Positions 14,225 through 27,428 of a stretch of 64,000 nt of DNA are shown one piece after another; position 1 is the first letter of the stretch, and every line of letters begins with the position of its first letter. The notes under the pieces were generated by a model. That model worked only from the letters and a program-made list of their open reading frames with translations, did no database searches and had not been told where the DNA came from. The translations under genes were made by a program, and so were the position numbers. This DNA is from Eledone cirrhosa (lineage: Eukaryota), in assembly GCA_964016885.1 (NCBI GenBank), contig OZ024743.1, forward strand, positions 71,920,001-71,984,000, read 5' to 3'.

Positions 14225-17200
14225 AAAACCCCGTGACCAAGAAATACCGGGATGGCGGCCGGCGGGGGAATAGCCGTGTCTCTAGGGGAGAACGACCCCT
14301 CTAGTCTTGGTTGACACTCGTTCTAGAAGTGGTAACACGAAATGATTACCCCTTGGCGGATAAGGATAAAACGCGACAAAATAAAGTTAATGTCTAATGA
14401 TAAAATCTCATTCCGGATCGGCCGTCACCCGGGTAAAAAAGGGCCGCGTCCCTCAGAGAGGAACCAGACTGGGGTCGAAAAATCAGCTAATGGTTCAAAC
14501 CTTCCCATCACTTCGGAGCTGGAGACCTCCCATAACCGGAATACTCCTACTGTTGGCCCTCCATGTTCACCACCAAGAAATCCAAAGAAAAAGAGAGAAA
14601 AATGCTCAAAGGAAGATAATAAAGAAGTCCTTGAGGCTTTCTACACTGCCATGTACTACCCATCAAATACATCGAATACAGAACAGACATATATCAACTG
14701 GAAAAAGAAACATCCCGAAAACAGAGGCTATATTGACAGTAACAAACTAGCCAATATAAGAAGAAATATTGTAAGAAAAAAGTTACTAACTGATATAGAA
14801 ATTGATCAGATCAAGCTATTAGCACAAAGCCAGCGAAGGGAAAATGAAACATCTGTCAGTGAAAACGAGGTAAATTGTAACACTTCGAATCCCAGGGTTG
14901 GGGCGGAATCACCGGCAACAGAACAAATTAAAGAAAGGATCGAAAAAGTGGAGGGAGTGCATGCTCAAGATGAAAATCCAAATGAAAATAATGAGATCGT
15001 AAATAATAAAGAAATGAATGAGAATGAACTTGCCAACTTGAAGGATGAAATTATGATCGAATGGATGAAAATGAAAGAATCTGACATGGGGCAACGAGAC
15101 ACCCTCCCTAAGATCCAGAACTCCAAACAGAACCAAAAGATAATACACAAGACTAACATAATTCTCAAAAACATTATTATCACAAACAAACTAAACATTA
15201 CTGATTTAAATCATCTCTATTATGCATCGGCTTAAGTCACCACTCACTTATGTGGAGTGAAGATGAAAAAATAAAGGAATTCCCACAAGAAATCTACTTG
15301 GCAAGAGAACATCAATCGCCAAATAAATCTTCTCCGATCTGACATAGAAATTTTAACAAACTATAAAGTAGGTGAACATGTTAAACAAACTAAACTTAGA
15401 AAATTGAAAAAAAGTACAGTATAAAATCAACAAGTGACATAGACATGCTGATAGAAATAATCAAGCAAAAAGTGTCGGCCAAAGCTGCTCGTATAAGGCG
15501 CTTTGAAAAACGATCTAGATCCTATAAGGACAATAATATGTTCAAAAACAACCAAAGAAACTTCTACAGAAAAATTGGTAAGTCAACAATAACTGCTAAA
15601 TCAATAACACCCAAGGAGGAAGTGCAAGAATTCTGGGAAAAGATCTGGGCCGAAGAAAAAGTTCATAACATACATGCCCCATGGATAGACAGACAAAAGA
15701 AAGATACAGCTCACCTTGAGGAACAAATATGGGAGAATATAACAGTTGAACATTTGCGCTTGGCTCTAAGAAAAACCAGCAAATGGAAATCCCCATGAAA
15801 AGACAAAATACAAAACTTTTGGATAAATGCCTTCACAGAGTCTCATGAGCTGTTAGCAACTTTACAATGAAATAGTTAAGGAGCCAGAAAAGATACCATC
15901 ATGGCTAGTTAACGGCATTACATTCCTGCTTCCGAAGAATGATGAGACAAACAATCCCAAAAATTACAGACCGATAACTTGCTTGACCACAATGTATAAA
16001 ATTTTAACATCAGTCCTAACTGAATACATATATGACCTATTTCCCATTGAGCAGAAAGGGTGTAAACAAGGCTCATATGGCTGTAAGGATCAGCTTTTGG
16101 TTAACAAAATGATACTGGAAGATTATCATAATAGACACAAAAATCTATCAATTGCTTGGATAGATTATAAAAAAGAATTCGATAGTTTGCCACACAGTTG
16201 GATTGAAAAATGTTTAGAGATTTTCAAAATATCCCCCGTTGTCAGGAGGTTTTGGCATTCAGTATGAAGACATGGAAAACGACACTCATTCTGAATAGTG
16301 AAACAAAATCACTGGAAGCTGGAGAAGTTAATATTAATTGTGGAATTTTTCAGGGTGACTCTTTATCACCGCTTTTATTCTGCATCGCACTTATACCATT
16401 AAGTAAAATGCTCAATGAAACAAAACATGGATATAAAGTCTATGAAAAACCATTAATCACTTGTTCTACATGGATGACCTGAAACTATTTGCAAAAAATG
16501 ATGAACAATTGCAAGGGCTATTATCCACTGTGGAGCAGTTCAGCGATGACATTAAAATGGAGTTTGGACTAGATAAATGCGCCAAAGCAACGTTCACCAG
16601 AGGAAAGCGGCTGAAGAGTTCAGACATTAATCTTGATCGGAGGAACGTGATAAGAGAACTTGATCAAGAAAAAATTTACAAATATCTAGGTGTTTGTGAA
16701 GGAGACGGAATCAAGCACTCGACAATGAGGGAAAGGATAAGGAAGGAATGTTACCGCAGAGTAAGAGCAATCTTAAGAACGGAATTGAATGCAAGGAATA
16801 GGATCGATGCCATAAACACGCTTGCCATACCAGTAGTAACCTACAGTTACAATGTCATCAACTGGTCAAGCACAGAGATCCGTAGGCTCGATACAAACAT
16901 TCGAAAATTCTTAACCATGCACAGAATGCATCACCCTAAGGCAGATATAGATAGAATATATCTCCCTAGGAAAGAAGGAGGACGTGGGTTAATCCAGTTA
17001 GACATTGCGTTGAAAACTGCAACAATTGGATTATCTACATATCTAAGGGAATTACATGATTGGATGATCAAACTCGTTTTGGAACACGAAAGCATCAAAA
17101 GATCATATTCCATTACAAAAGATGCACAAAGATACAGTAATAGACTACAAATTTCAGAAGTCCCATTTACTGCTGAAATGGAAAACACAGAAAAAGCAAA

Positions 17201-18172
17201 GCAGGTAACTGCAAAGAAAGAACTGCTAGAGAAACTGGCTAAGAAATGGCAAGAAAAGCCTCTGTATGGAAAATACCCAGAGCGAGCTAACAATCCTGAT
17301 GTTGACAAAACTTTAACCCATCAGTGGTTGGCATCCTCTGGACTGAAATCGGAGACTGAAGGACTGATTATATCAGCACAAGATCAGTGTCTGCCGACAA
17401 AAAAATTACCAAGCCAACATAATAAAAAATGGATGCAGCCCATTATGACGTGTATGCAAAAAACAACCAGAGACCATTGACCATATAATTTCAATGTGCA
17501 GTCCTATAGCTCCAACCGAATACTTAAACAGGCATGACAGATCTGCACAATACATATATTGGATAATGTGTAAGCATTTTGACCTGCCCCATCAAAAGAA
17601 TTGGTGGGAGCATCAACCACCTCCCATACTTGAAAAAGATCACATCTCAATCTTGTGGAACTTTAGCATCCAAACAGACCGAAAAATAGATGCAAATAGA
17701 CCTGATATAATATTGAAGGACTTTAAAAAGAGGGTATGCCTGCTAATTGATATGTCTGTTCCAATAGACAAGAATGTATCTATAAAAACATTTGAAAAAT
17801 TGAGCAAGTATAAGGATCTGGAGATAGAAATTGGAAAAATGTGGAAATTGAGAACTAAAACAATACCAGTGGTTGTAGGCGCTCTGGGAATGATACCTAA
17901 GGGGTCTAATGATTACTTATCGCAAATCCCAGGAAACCCGCGTATAGGAGAAATACAAAAGATAGTACTAATGGGAACTGCCCATATACTAAGGAAGATT
18001 CTGTCAATATAAGTACATCACAAGTCTAAACACTAAAGATGCATGTGTGAGTATGTATGTTCTTTCTTGAACATGGCGGACCTTGTTGTCTCTTGAGGTC
18101 ACTGGTTGTGACTTGGTGATAACTCGTATGAACATAAAGCAAGATAAATGCAACTGTAATAATAATAATAAT
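14225..18172 (+). mobile_element. Near full-length R4/Dong-like RLE LINE, subfamily B, with (AAT)n tail
   Basis: ORF pieces 14342-18012 contain NYRPITCL, DYKKEFD, GIFQGDSLSP, FYMDD, RHD, NRPDIIL..LIDMSVP and EKLSKYKDL; tail TAATAATAAT at ~18157. Confidence 0.92.
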
Positions 18173-18189
18173 AAGAAGAAGAACAAGAA

Positions 18190-20143
18190 TAACGAACAGA
18201 AAGGATGCCGAAAGAAGTCCCGTGGTACAAAAGGCCAGTTACTTATTGATCAGATGGTAGTGAGGAATTGCAAGAGGAGACACACTGGTCTTGCATGGGA
18301 TGTATAGATTACAAAAAGGCATTCGACAGGGTACCTTATTCTTGGATAACCAAAAGCCTAGAGATCTTCAAGGTGGCAGAGAGCATCAGACAGTTGTTGA
18401 GCAAACGTATGAAATCCTGGGAAACAGAGTTAACATCGCGTGGACAATCCTTGAGAAGCGTGAAGATCAAGAGAGGTATCTTCCAGGGAGATAGTTTGTT
18501 CCCTCTGCTGTTTGTCCTTGCCCTGATACCACTGACCGTTATATTGCGAAAAGTGAGAGCAGGATACAAGTGGGGAAAATGAGGGCTTACCATCAACCAC
18601 CTCCTCTTCATGGATGATCTTAAACTCTTTGGGAAGAGTGAGAAGGAGTTGGACGTACTTGTGGACACTGTCCGTATTTTCAGCAATGATATATGTATGG
18701 AATTTGGTATTAGTAAGTGTGGAGTCCTAGTGATGAAAAGGAGTAAATTGCGCAGAAGCAGCGGAATCCAGGTACCAACAGGTGAGATGATAAAGGAAAT
18801 TGACACTGAAGAGGGATATAAATATTTAGATGTTCTGGAGGCAGATGACATCAAGAACAAAAAAATGAAGGAATTGATAAGATCTGAGTACATAAGGAAA
18901 GTAAGGAGCGTACTAAAATCCCATCTAAATAGTAGGAATGGTATAAGTGCAAGAATTCCCGAGCTGTGTCTATTATTAGGTACAGTGCGGGAATTCTGAA
19001 ATGGAATGTTGCTGAACAAAAAGAAATGCATAGGAAGAGTAGGAAGCTATTGACTATCTAAAACATGTTGCACAAGAGGCGTGATGTCGATAGACTCTAC
19101 TTAATGAGATCTGAAGGTGGAAGAGGTCTTATCAGCATAGAGGACTGTGTTCAGATGGAGAAAAACAACCTGCACAAATACGTGACTGACAGTAGGGAGC
19201 CAATGCTCAAAATTGTACTGAATAAGACAATAGACCAGGGGATATCCAAGGAGGAAATAACAACAAGGAGGAAGAGCAACCTTCATGAAAATTCCCTTCA
19301 TAGTTCCTTCTTTAAGAAAGCTGAATTTAGTGATCCACAGACATGGAACTGATTAAAAAGAGGAGACCTTAAAAAGGCTACAGAAGAAATGCTAATGGCT
19401 GCGCAAGTGCAGGCCCTCAGAACGAAGTAGGTGAAACACCATATTTACAAGGAGGAGGCTAGCCCACTGTGTAGGATCTGTGGAGAGAGAGAGGAGACTG
19501 TGGCTCACATTATATCCGATTGTAAACACTAAGCCCAGACTCACTATAAAGGCTGGAGACATGATGTGATGGCCAGGATGATCCACTGGCACCTATGCAA
19601 AGTAAACAATTGACCACATTATGAGAAGTGGTATGAGCATAAGCCAGAATCGGTGATGGAAAATGATCAGGTTAAGGTGCTATGTGATTTTAGGATACAG
19701 ACGGACAAGAAATTAGAACACAATAGGCATTACCTGGTGGTTTTGGACAAGGAAAAAAGATCGTGCCTGATTGTAGATGTAGCCTGCCCATTTGACACGA
19801 GAGTGCAAGAACAGGAGAGGGATAAATTTAACCGATACCAGGACTTAAAGTGAGAGCCTAAAACGGATTTGGATCTGCCATGATGTGAAGGTTGTCCCGA
19901 TTGTCATAGGCGCACTAGGTACTATCTCAAAGAGTTTCCAAGGATGGTTAAAGAAGGTTAGTCCAGCCGCGCTGTTTGGAACACTTCAAAAGGCATGCTT
20001 GCTGGGAACAGCAAGAACCCTCCTATACGCCCTGAATATCTGAGGCTGCAGGTAGCGGCTTGATATTCATTTCACCAAACTTTCCAGTTAAATAACATCA
20101 ATGACTGAGACTCAAAGAATAATAAGAATAATAGTAATAATAA
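18190..20143 (+). mobile_element. 5'-truncated R4/Dong-like LINE, subfamily A, directly behind the tail of the previous LINE
   Basis: Collinear with 3888-5850 including the 3' UTR (GAGGCTGCAGGTA...ATGACTGAGA); several stop codons. Confidence 0.92.
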
Positions 20144-20269
20144 TGATGTTGATGATGATGATGGTGGCGGTGGTTTAAACCAACGGCCTTCATTGCCCTA
20201 ACAAAAAAACAAAACAAAAAAAAATTAGAAAACTAACGAAACTATCATTATATAAGATTCACAATGCAG

Positions 20270-21010
20270 AGTAAACTGGATTTAACAAAGATCAATCAAT
20301 TGATCCATGCTATAATATCAGTAATAGAAACAATGAGTGGACCAGCTAGACGAACGTCTCAATGGACAGAAAACAACCAAAATAGAATATGATCGTGAAA
20401 GGGAAAAGGAGACAAATGAAATACTGAAAAAAGAACGAACTAAAGAGCACTCTGGACACCAGAAAGTGGAATGATATATCATCTGAAAATGAAACACTAA
20501 TAGAAAACATACACGAGAAAGCATAAAAAAAAAAACCTTACGAGATATGAGAAATATATTGTCTTTTGACATAAGACGTTCGGAGACGATGTGATGAAAT
20601 TGAATAGAAATATGGGAGAAAGAAACTAGAAATCAACCAACCTAAAATTGAAAATAAAGATTTCTAATGTAAAATCTAGTAAAGAGAAAACTAAAATGGA
20701 AGAATCCACGAAAAAGCAACAGGTACAAAACAAAAATATTGATAGTTGAAAATTGTCAGGTATCAACATTGTTGAGAGCACAAAAATACCATAAAAAAAG
20801 AGCTGATAGAAACCACCTGGACTTAATCGGATCGCAATTTTTTGGATAAATAATCTACTCATAATATGCAGAGTATACACAAATAGATAAGCAATGTCGT
20901 AAAACCTTAGATGAAACAATCCAGATGATTATTCCAACAGGCTAATACAAGGTAAAACTTATTTCCTTCCTAAAACCGAGGACACATGAAAGTCCCAAAA
21001 TTAAGAAACC
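20270..21010 (+). mobile_element. Very decayed R4/Dong-like LINE relic
   Basis: PPG.N.I..FWI-like stretch at ~20812-20850 and GKTYFLPK-like stretch at ~20951-20975. Confidence 0.5.
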
Positions 21011-21019
21011 CGATATCGG

Positions 21020-21720
21020 CTTACTTCGGGGAGTGGGATACTGGCTCTTAACGAGATATCAGCAAGGCGTTGAGTCGTAAAGCATATGGGTGTTTTCACA
21101 TAGGTTTGTGTGATTTGAGTCAGTTTGCGGAAGAATGTTGGGTATAGTGTGGTGGAGATCGGAGTTGGGTATGACAAGCGTCATCCGAGAACGAGTGGAG
21201 AAGCGATTGAAATTTCAAGTTTTGTATTGAGGAGAAAATATATATAAAAATAGTTGAGGGGTAGAATGAATGCGAAGAATAGGTAAACGGAGAAATGCAA
21301 AGATGGAGAGATGAAGGTGAAACTAGAAGAAGTTGGTGATTAAGGGGAAGGATTTCCAGAAAGAGTAGACTGGATGATGATGTGCCTGAGAGATGGTGAA
21401 GTGTTAGGGACGATAAGTGCTGCTATGATGGAGGTGGTCGAGAGAAGTACCAGGTGATGTGGAAGCTTAAGCGGAAACTACTCGGGGTAAGGTGATGGTG
21501 AACAAGGGATTTTTATTCAGATAAAATATAGTGAAGGTTGGAGGCAGCAGGGGAAAAGGTGATGATATGGCGAGGAAGAGTGTTGCGGAGATATTAGAGA
21601 TTTGATATGGTGGTGGCTTAGAGCTGAACAAAGACGGAGAGAATTCTGGAGACAGGTAAGTGAAGATATGATAGTGGAGGGTGAAATATAAATTGTCATG
21701 ACTACAATGAGAAAAGTTAA
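21020..21720 (+). mobile_element. Decayed RTE-like LINE relic (APE-RT linker)
   Basis: Purine-rich composition and a TGGTGGTGG (WWW) linker motif at ~21608; weak support. Confidence 0.35.
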
Positions 21721-21875
21721 TTGTGAAATACATAGACACACGTACGTGTATAAAAACTCTGCTTCCTACACCACAACTACATACCTACTTAGTGTATATA
21801 AAGTATTTTTATTTTCAACACAAAATAGAAACAGACCTTCAACTCTTAATTTTTAATTCTAAATTTGTAATACTT

Positions 21876-22062
21876 GTGAATGCGCATGGCTTGCATGGCT
21901 TGCAATCGAAGAGTTGTGAGTTCAATTCTCGGACCGGGTGATGTGTTGTTTCCTTGAGCAAGGAACTTTATTTCACGTTGCTACAGTTTACTCAGCTGTA
22001 GAAATGAGATGACACAAGATACCTCGAATGAGATATACCTCGGAGGAGGCCATCTAAACCTG
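21876..22062 (+). mobile_element. tRNA-derived SINE family 2 (CORE-like body)
   Basis: B box GAGTTCAATTCT and CCTTGAGCAAG..ACTT; paralogues at 54405 and 57745. Confidence 0.8.
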
Positions 22063-22232
22063 TTACACTCAAGATGAATAACATTGAAACCGGTAATACT
22101 TTTAATATATTTTATAAACCCACTTTTAAAAGAAAAAAAAATGTTCCCCTCTTTAATAATAATCACTTTGTCGGATAAAAAAGAATAAAGATTCTTTAGA
22201 TATACTTCCGTGCTGCTTCCATCCTTACTTTA
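22063..22232 (+). repeat. PLE-like pLTR fragment (family E) with partial HHR end GAAACCGGTA
   Basis: A related copy on the - strand at ~29546-29735 shares GAAACCGGTAAT and AGATATA..TTCCGTGCT; ends in (TA)n. Confidence 0.5.
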
Positions 22233-22268
22233 TATATATATAAATATATATAACACATATGTGTATAA

Positions 22269-22315
<47 letters not shown>

Positions 22316-22320
<5 letters not shown>

Positions 22321-22584
22321 CAGGAAAGAAGAGTGACACGATTTGCTATACAATGAGATTTAAAAAAAAAAAAAACTTTTTTGTATAGCAAACCGTGTCA
22401 CTCTTCTTTCCTGATTTATCATTACTCCAAGTGTTTACAACATAGGAATTACAGCGTACTCGCAACATCACTATGGAAACGCCTTGTTGAGTCAAACTTA
22501 GCCAAGCGTTGATATCATCCACTACCCGGAGTACCATAACTGGACTACACCTAAGTGGACTACATATAACAATAATCTGTTACC

Positions 22585-22586
<2 letters not shown>
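22316..22586. repeat. Short fold-back element in (TA)n: ~37-bp inverted repeat plus one-sided extension
   Basis: 22316-22352 is the near-perfect reverse complement of 22381-22418. Confidence 0.8.
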
Positions 22587-22638
<52 letters not shown>

Positions 22639-22839
22639 AAAAAAGAGAAAAACCACAAAACCTCCTTCTCAATTCTACTTTCAAAAGCAGAAGAACTGCG
22701 AAAACGATAAAGGAACCAAATAAATATATATTTTTTATAAAAAAAGACTCCAGTTGCATTTTGGATTTCATCTTTTTTCCTTATACTTTCACTCGTGTAG
22801 GACAACTCGTTTTTTTTTCGTTTTGTAAAATAACCTCAC

Positions 22840-22845
<6 letters not shown>

Positions 22846-22918
<73 letters not shown>

Positions 22919-22928
22919 TATATATATA

Positions 22929-23020
<92 letters not shown>

Positions 23021-23052
23021 TAAATATATATATTTATATATATATATATATA
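22846..23052. repeat. (TA)n microsatellite, ~200 bp (one of many)
   Basis: Read directly from the sequence. Confidence 0.98.
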
Positions 23053-25523
23053 GTTAAAAGAATAGAGGTGTAACACACAAGTTATTATATATTGGTAAAC
23101 GGAATAGAAAATGCTGACAAATTGTTCACAGTTGAAAAATAGTTTAATTAGGAATAAAAGAGTATTAGTAATTGTATGGGTTAGTATTCAGTTGTGGTTT
23201 TAAGTTTTTAAGTTTTTACCGGTTGCGCATTTCTAAATGCTTTTCAAAAAATAATTTTGAGATAGAGTGTCCGTGTTGTTTGCTCTGATCTGATTAGTTT
23301 TGGGAATTCTACCTGTTTTTATGTTAAAAAAGTGGCTCCAGCGCTACTTTGGTGTTGCAAAAATTCTTGTGGTCAAAACAATTTTGATTGGTCGGTAGAG
23401 GTCATGTGAATGTAAAAAATTTATTTTGCGCCAAGACTGTTTTTATGTTAAAAAAGTGGCTCCAGCGCTACTTGGTGTTGCAAAAATTCTTGTGGTCAAA
23501 ACAATGTGAATGTAAAAAATTGATTTTGCGCCAAGACTGAGAAATGACTCTTTCACAACAAATATATGTATGTGTGTGTGTGTGTGTGTGTAGTAGTAGT
23601 AAAGTGTTCGATGTTGTGATATTGGTTAGCAGGGATGTGTGTAAGAACCGCAGCCTGTTGACAGTTTAAATGGCTATTAAGATAAGCGCGTGTGTATGTG
23701 TGTGTGTGTGTATAGCAGAGTAATTCGTTTTAGCGTGACGGTCAGTAGGAATGTGTCTGTAAGCAGTCGGGGGCGGGGGATTTTAGCATGTCAAAAGATA
23801 TTTTTCAGCTTTTGTCTTATACGGAGAAGTGTCTGTGTGTGTGTGTGTGTGTATAAGTCTCTTTGTATGTTAATGTACGCGTGTGGATGTGTGTGTGTGT
23901 GTGTGTGTATATATATGTGTGTGTGTGTGTGTGTGTGAGAATGTGTGTGTGTGTGTGTGGGTGGACCAGTATTTTTTCCCCCTGGTAAAATGGTGTACAT
24001 TATTCGATATTTTCAGTAAAATCGGTTCTCTTAATAGAACATCAAACATCTTAACAATAAAAGGTGTGAAATGATATTCACTATATATATATATATATAT
24101 ATACATATATTCACTATATATATATATACACATATATTTGTTTGTGTTGCACCATAGAGCATGTGTGTTTACGTATGTCATTGTGTTTATATGTGGGTAG
24201 AGATGTGTGCTGATGTAGGTATGTATGTTGACGTGAGTATGTTGTGGGTTCGTCTTAGGGAGAAGTGTTTAGACGGGGTCAGTATTTGTTAATAAAGTAA
24301 GATTCCCGTCTAAACACTTCTCCCTAAGACGAACCCACAACATACACACGTCAACATACATACCTACATCAGCACACATCTCTACCCACATATAAACACA
24401 ATGACATTCGTAAACACACATGCTCTATGGTGCAACACAAACAAATATATGTGTATATATATATATATTGTTGATTTAAAACTGCACTATCAACAAGTGT
24501 TTTTTTAGCCTTCATATCATGTTCTCCTGTTTTATCTGATGAAAACACAAATATTATTGCTTGATGATGTTTGTTTTTGAAATGCGCATAATAAAATATA
24601 TGGAACTCCTTTAACCATCTTTTGATCTTATATTATATATATATATATATATATACAGTGAATATATGTATATATATATATATAGTGAATATCATTTCAC
24701 ACCTTTTATTGTTAAGATGTTTGATGTTCTATTAAGAGAACCGATTTTACTGAAAATATCGAATAATGTACACCATTTTACCAGGGGAAAAAATACTGGT
24801 CCACCCACACACACACACACATTCTCTCTCACACACACACACATATATACACACACACATACACACGCGTACATTAACATACAAAGAAATTTATACACAA
24901 AAACACACACACACACACTTCTCCGTATAAGACAAAAGCTGAAAAATATCTTTTGACATGCTAAAATACCCCCCCCACTGCTTACAGACACATTCCTACT
25001 GACCATCCCGCTACCATGAAATACTCTGCTATACCCCCCCCCCCACACACACGCTTATCTTAATAGCCATTTGAACTGTCAACAGGCTGCGGTTCGCACA
25101 CACATCCCTGCTAACCATTATCACAACATCGAACACTTTACTACTACTACACACACACACACATATTTGTTGTGAAAGAGTCATTTCTCAGTCTTGGCAC
25201 AAAATCAATTTTTTACATTCACATGACCTCTACCGACCAATCAAAATTGTTTTGACCACAAGAATTTTTGCAACACCAAAGTAGCGCTGGAGCCACTTTT
25301 TTAACATAAAAACAGGTAGAATTCCCAAAACTAATCAGATCAGAGCAAACAACACGGACACTCTATCTCAAAATTATTTTTGAAAAGCATTTAGAAATGC
25401 GCAACCGGTAAAAACTTAAAACCACAACTGAATACTAACCCATACAATTACTAATACTCTTTTATTCCTAATTAAACTATTTTTCAACTGTGAACAATTT
25501 GTCAGCATTTTCTATTCCGTTTA

Positions 25524-25530
<7 letters not shown>
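23053..25530. mobile_element. ~2.45-kb palindrome (PLE-like inverted pLTRs) in (TA)n; arms ~23087-24277 and ~24305-25530
   Basis: The arms are reverse complements around a ~27-nt loop. A ~34-nt extension is present only on the left. HHR-like motifs lie at 23213-23251 (-) and 25377-25414 (+). Confidence 0.88.
24530..24596 (+). ncRNA. Type I hammerhead ribozyme with intact core, in a ~170-bp insert nested in the palindrome's right arm
   Basis: TTTTAT-CTGATGA-[AAACACAAATATTAT/ATGATGTTTGTTTTT stem II]-GAAA-TGCGCA-TA-ATAAAA; 6-bp stem I and palindromic stem III. Confidence 0.85.
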
Positions 25531-25561
<31 letters not shown>

Positions 25562-26418
25562 TGCAAAGAATTTCCATTTAGAATGTATTGCCCTGCCTGA
25601 GAATATGTTAGTTTACATTTTCCCAACAATGGACCGAATCTGGTACGATATAATAGAAATGTGACGCTAACTACATAGCTATTCCCGAACACGCTTTCGC
25701 ATCCTTGCACATATATCATGTTCCTGTGTTCTGCTTCATTCCCTTACCTATAATTCATACTTTGTTACAAATAATATTCTTTCAAATAGTTTATCTCTGG
25801 CTTATCGTCTTTTATTTATTTCATATTTATTTCATGTTCTCCAAACACCAGGGAAATATACTCAAAATCTGACACAAGACGATTTCTTTTACACGTTCAA
25901 AAAACAAAGTAATATTTGATAAACGATATATATTCAAAACGGCGAATGTGTTAAATTTTTTTTCTCTTTAGGTTCTTGTTGAAATATCAACATTTCCCTA
26001 TTTCTCTTCCATAATGTTCCTACATTTCAGATAAAGTCTTAATCCGCAGAAATCAATTCAAACTTTCGATCGATTAATAAATTTATTAATGGCAAAAAAT
26101 AGGATATTTTTATATAAAATTTAGTAATATATAATGCTCCGTATTTCCAAGATGTTCTACTTAGTTTCCCATTTAGATTGATATATAGGTTTTACATTTC
26201 GAAGAATGTTATTTTTTTTTGTCGATTTATTTTTCCATCATTCCACGAATCAAAATACTATGAAGTTATGGTATAGTAAAAAACAATGTATGTGGAGAAT
26301 CAAAAAATGATCTAATGTCTCAAAGAATGTGAATGATGTTATAAAAACATGTGAATAAAACACACTTATAAAGTAATTATTGAATTTGTAAATGGAAATG
26401 CAAAAAAAATGTTTACAT

Positions 26419-26475
<57 letters not shown>

Positions 26476-26633
26476 TTATATATATATATATACATGCAAA
26501 AGGCAAACAGAAATAGCAAAGCATGTATGTATATATATATAACGAAGGGGTTGTGGTAAGGAACCAGATGGACCTCAACGCACCAGAGAACACAATACTT
26601 AAGGTCGTAGAGTGGGTAATAGGAAAATGTTTA

Positions 26634-26728
26634 ACCCCGACGGCAGAGCTCAAGCCGTTTCGACGGCTATTTCTGGACTAAATTAGAATTTTTAGCGCGG
26701 TCATAAATAGCCGAACTTTTCAAGGGGT
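26634..26728 (-). ncRNA. Three-stem type I HHR in the inverted pLTR, with core TTGAAAA (U3/A8)
   Basis: ACCCC-TTGAAAA-GTT-CGGCTATTT...AAATAGCCG-TC-GAAACGGC-loop-GCCGTC-GGGGT; GUC cleavage triplet. Confidence 0.75.
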
Positions 26729-26832
26729 AATTCCTTATATGGAAAGATTCTAGCAATCGAAAGGATTGGTCAAAATTTCTTGTAAACACAATTAAAACTT
26801 TCGTGGCAGTGGGTGGGAGGTGGTGGTGGCTG

Positions 26833-27428
26833 CACACCGCTACCACAACATAATCAACAAAAAAACTATCAAACTCTCCCACAGCACCATACCCAGCTTC
26901 GCACAAAACATCGCCTCATCAAACAACAAGAAACTCAACCCCTATGGAAGAAACAACCTAGACATTAGTGGAGTGCCGACCAGGAGGCGTAACTGCCCTG
27001 ATAGATCTACGTGACCCCTCAACAACAGATGCAGAGAACGTAACATGATCTACCAATGCAACGTGAGGACGGAAACCTCCAACAAAACCCATATAGGATT
27101 AACCGCTTGTGACTTTAAGACCGGGCTCTACCAACACCGACATACGTTCCGAAACCCGGCCCGGCGACAGCCAGTACACTTTTAGGCCACATCTGGGACC
27201 TCGAAGATAATAACATAACATACAATCTTACTTGGAGCTTACTGCCCAGGGCTAACTCCTACACGGGAGGAAGCCGTCCGTGTAACTTATGCTCGGAGGA
27301 AACTTACAAATGCTGTTTACGAAGGAACAACTCCTAAACAAAATAAAGACGAACTTGTAACTGCATGTAAACACCGATTGCGTAGGACTTACCTCGCTAT
27401 CAAACCCCCTCATGACCCGGGTGGGTAG
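26833..27428 (+). pseudogene. PLE linker + GIY-YIG endonuclease remnant
   Basis: HRYHNIINKKTIKLSHSTIPS...RNCPDRST*PLNNRC..MIYQC..THIGLT..FK...H..TF...HIWDL...W...CNLC..E...LLNK..EL...CKH; frameshifts present. Confidence 0.85.

Noticed and set aside
14225-14345. Structured GC-rich 5' UTR as an HDV-like ribozyme
   Set aside because: Hairpins are present, but no convincing P1/P3/L3 assignment.
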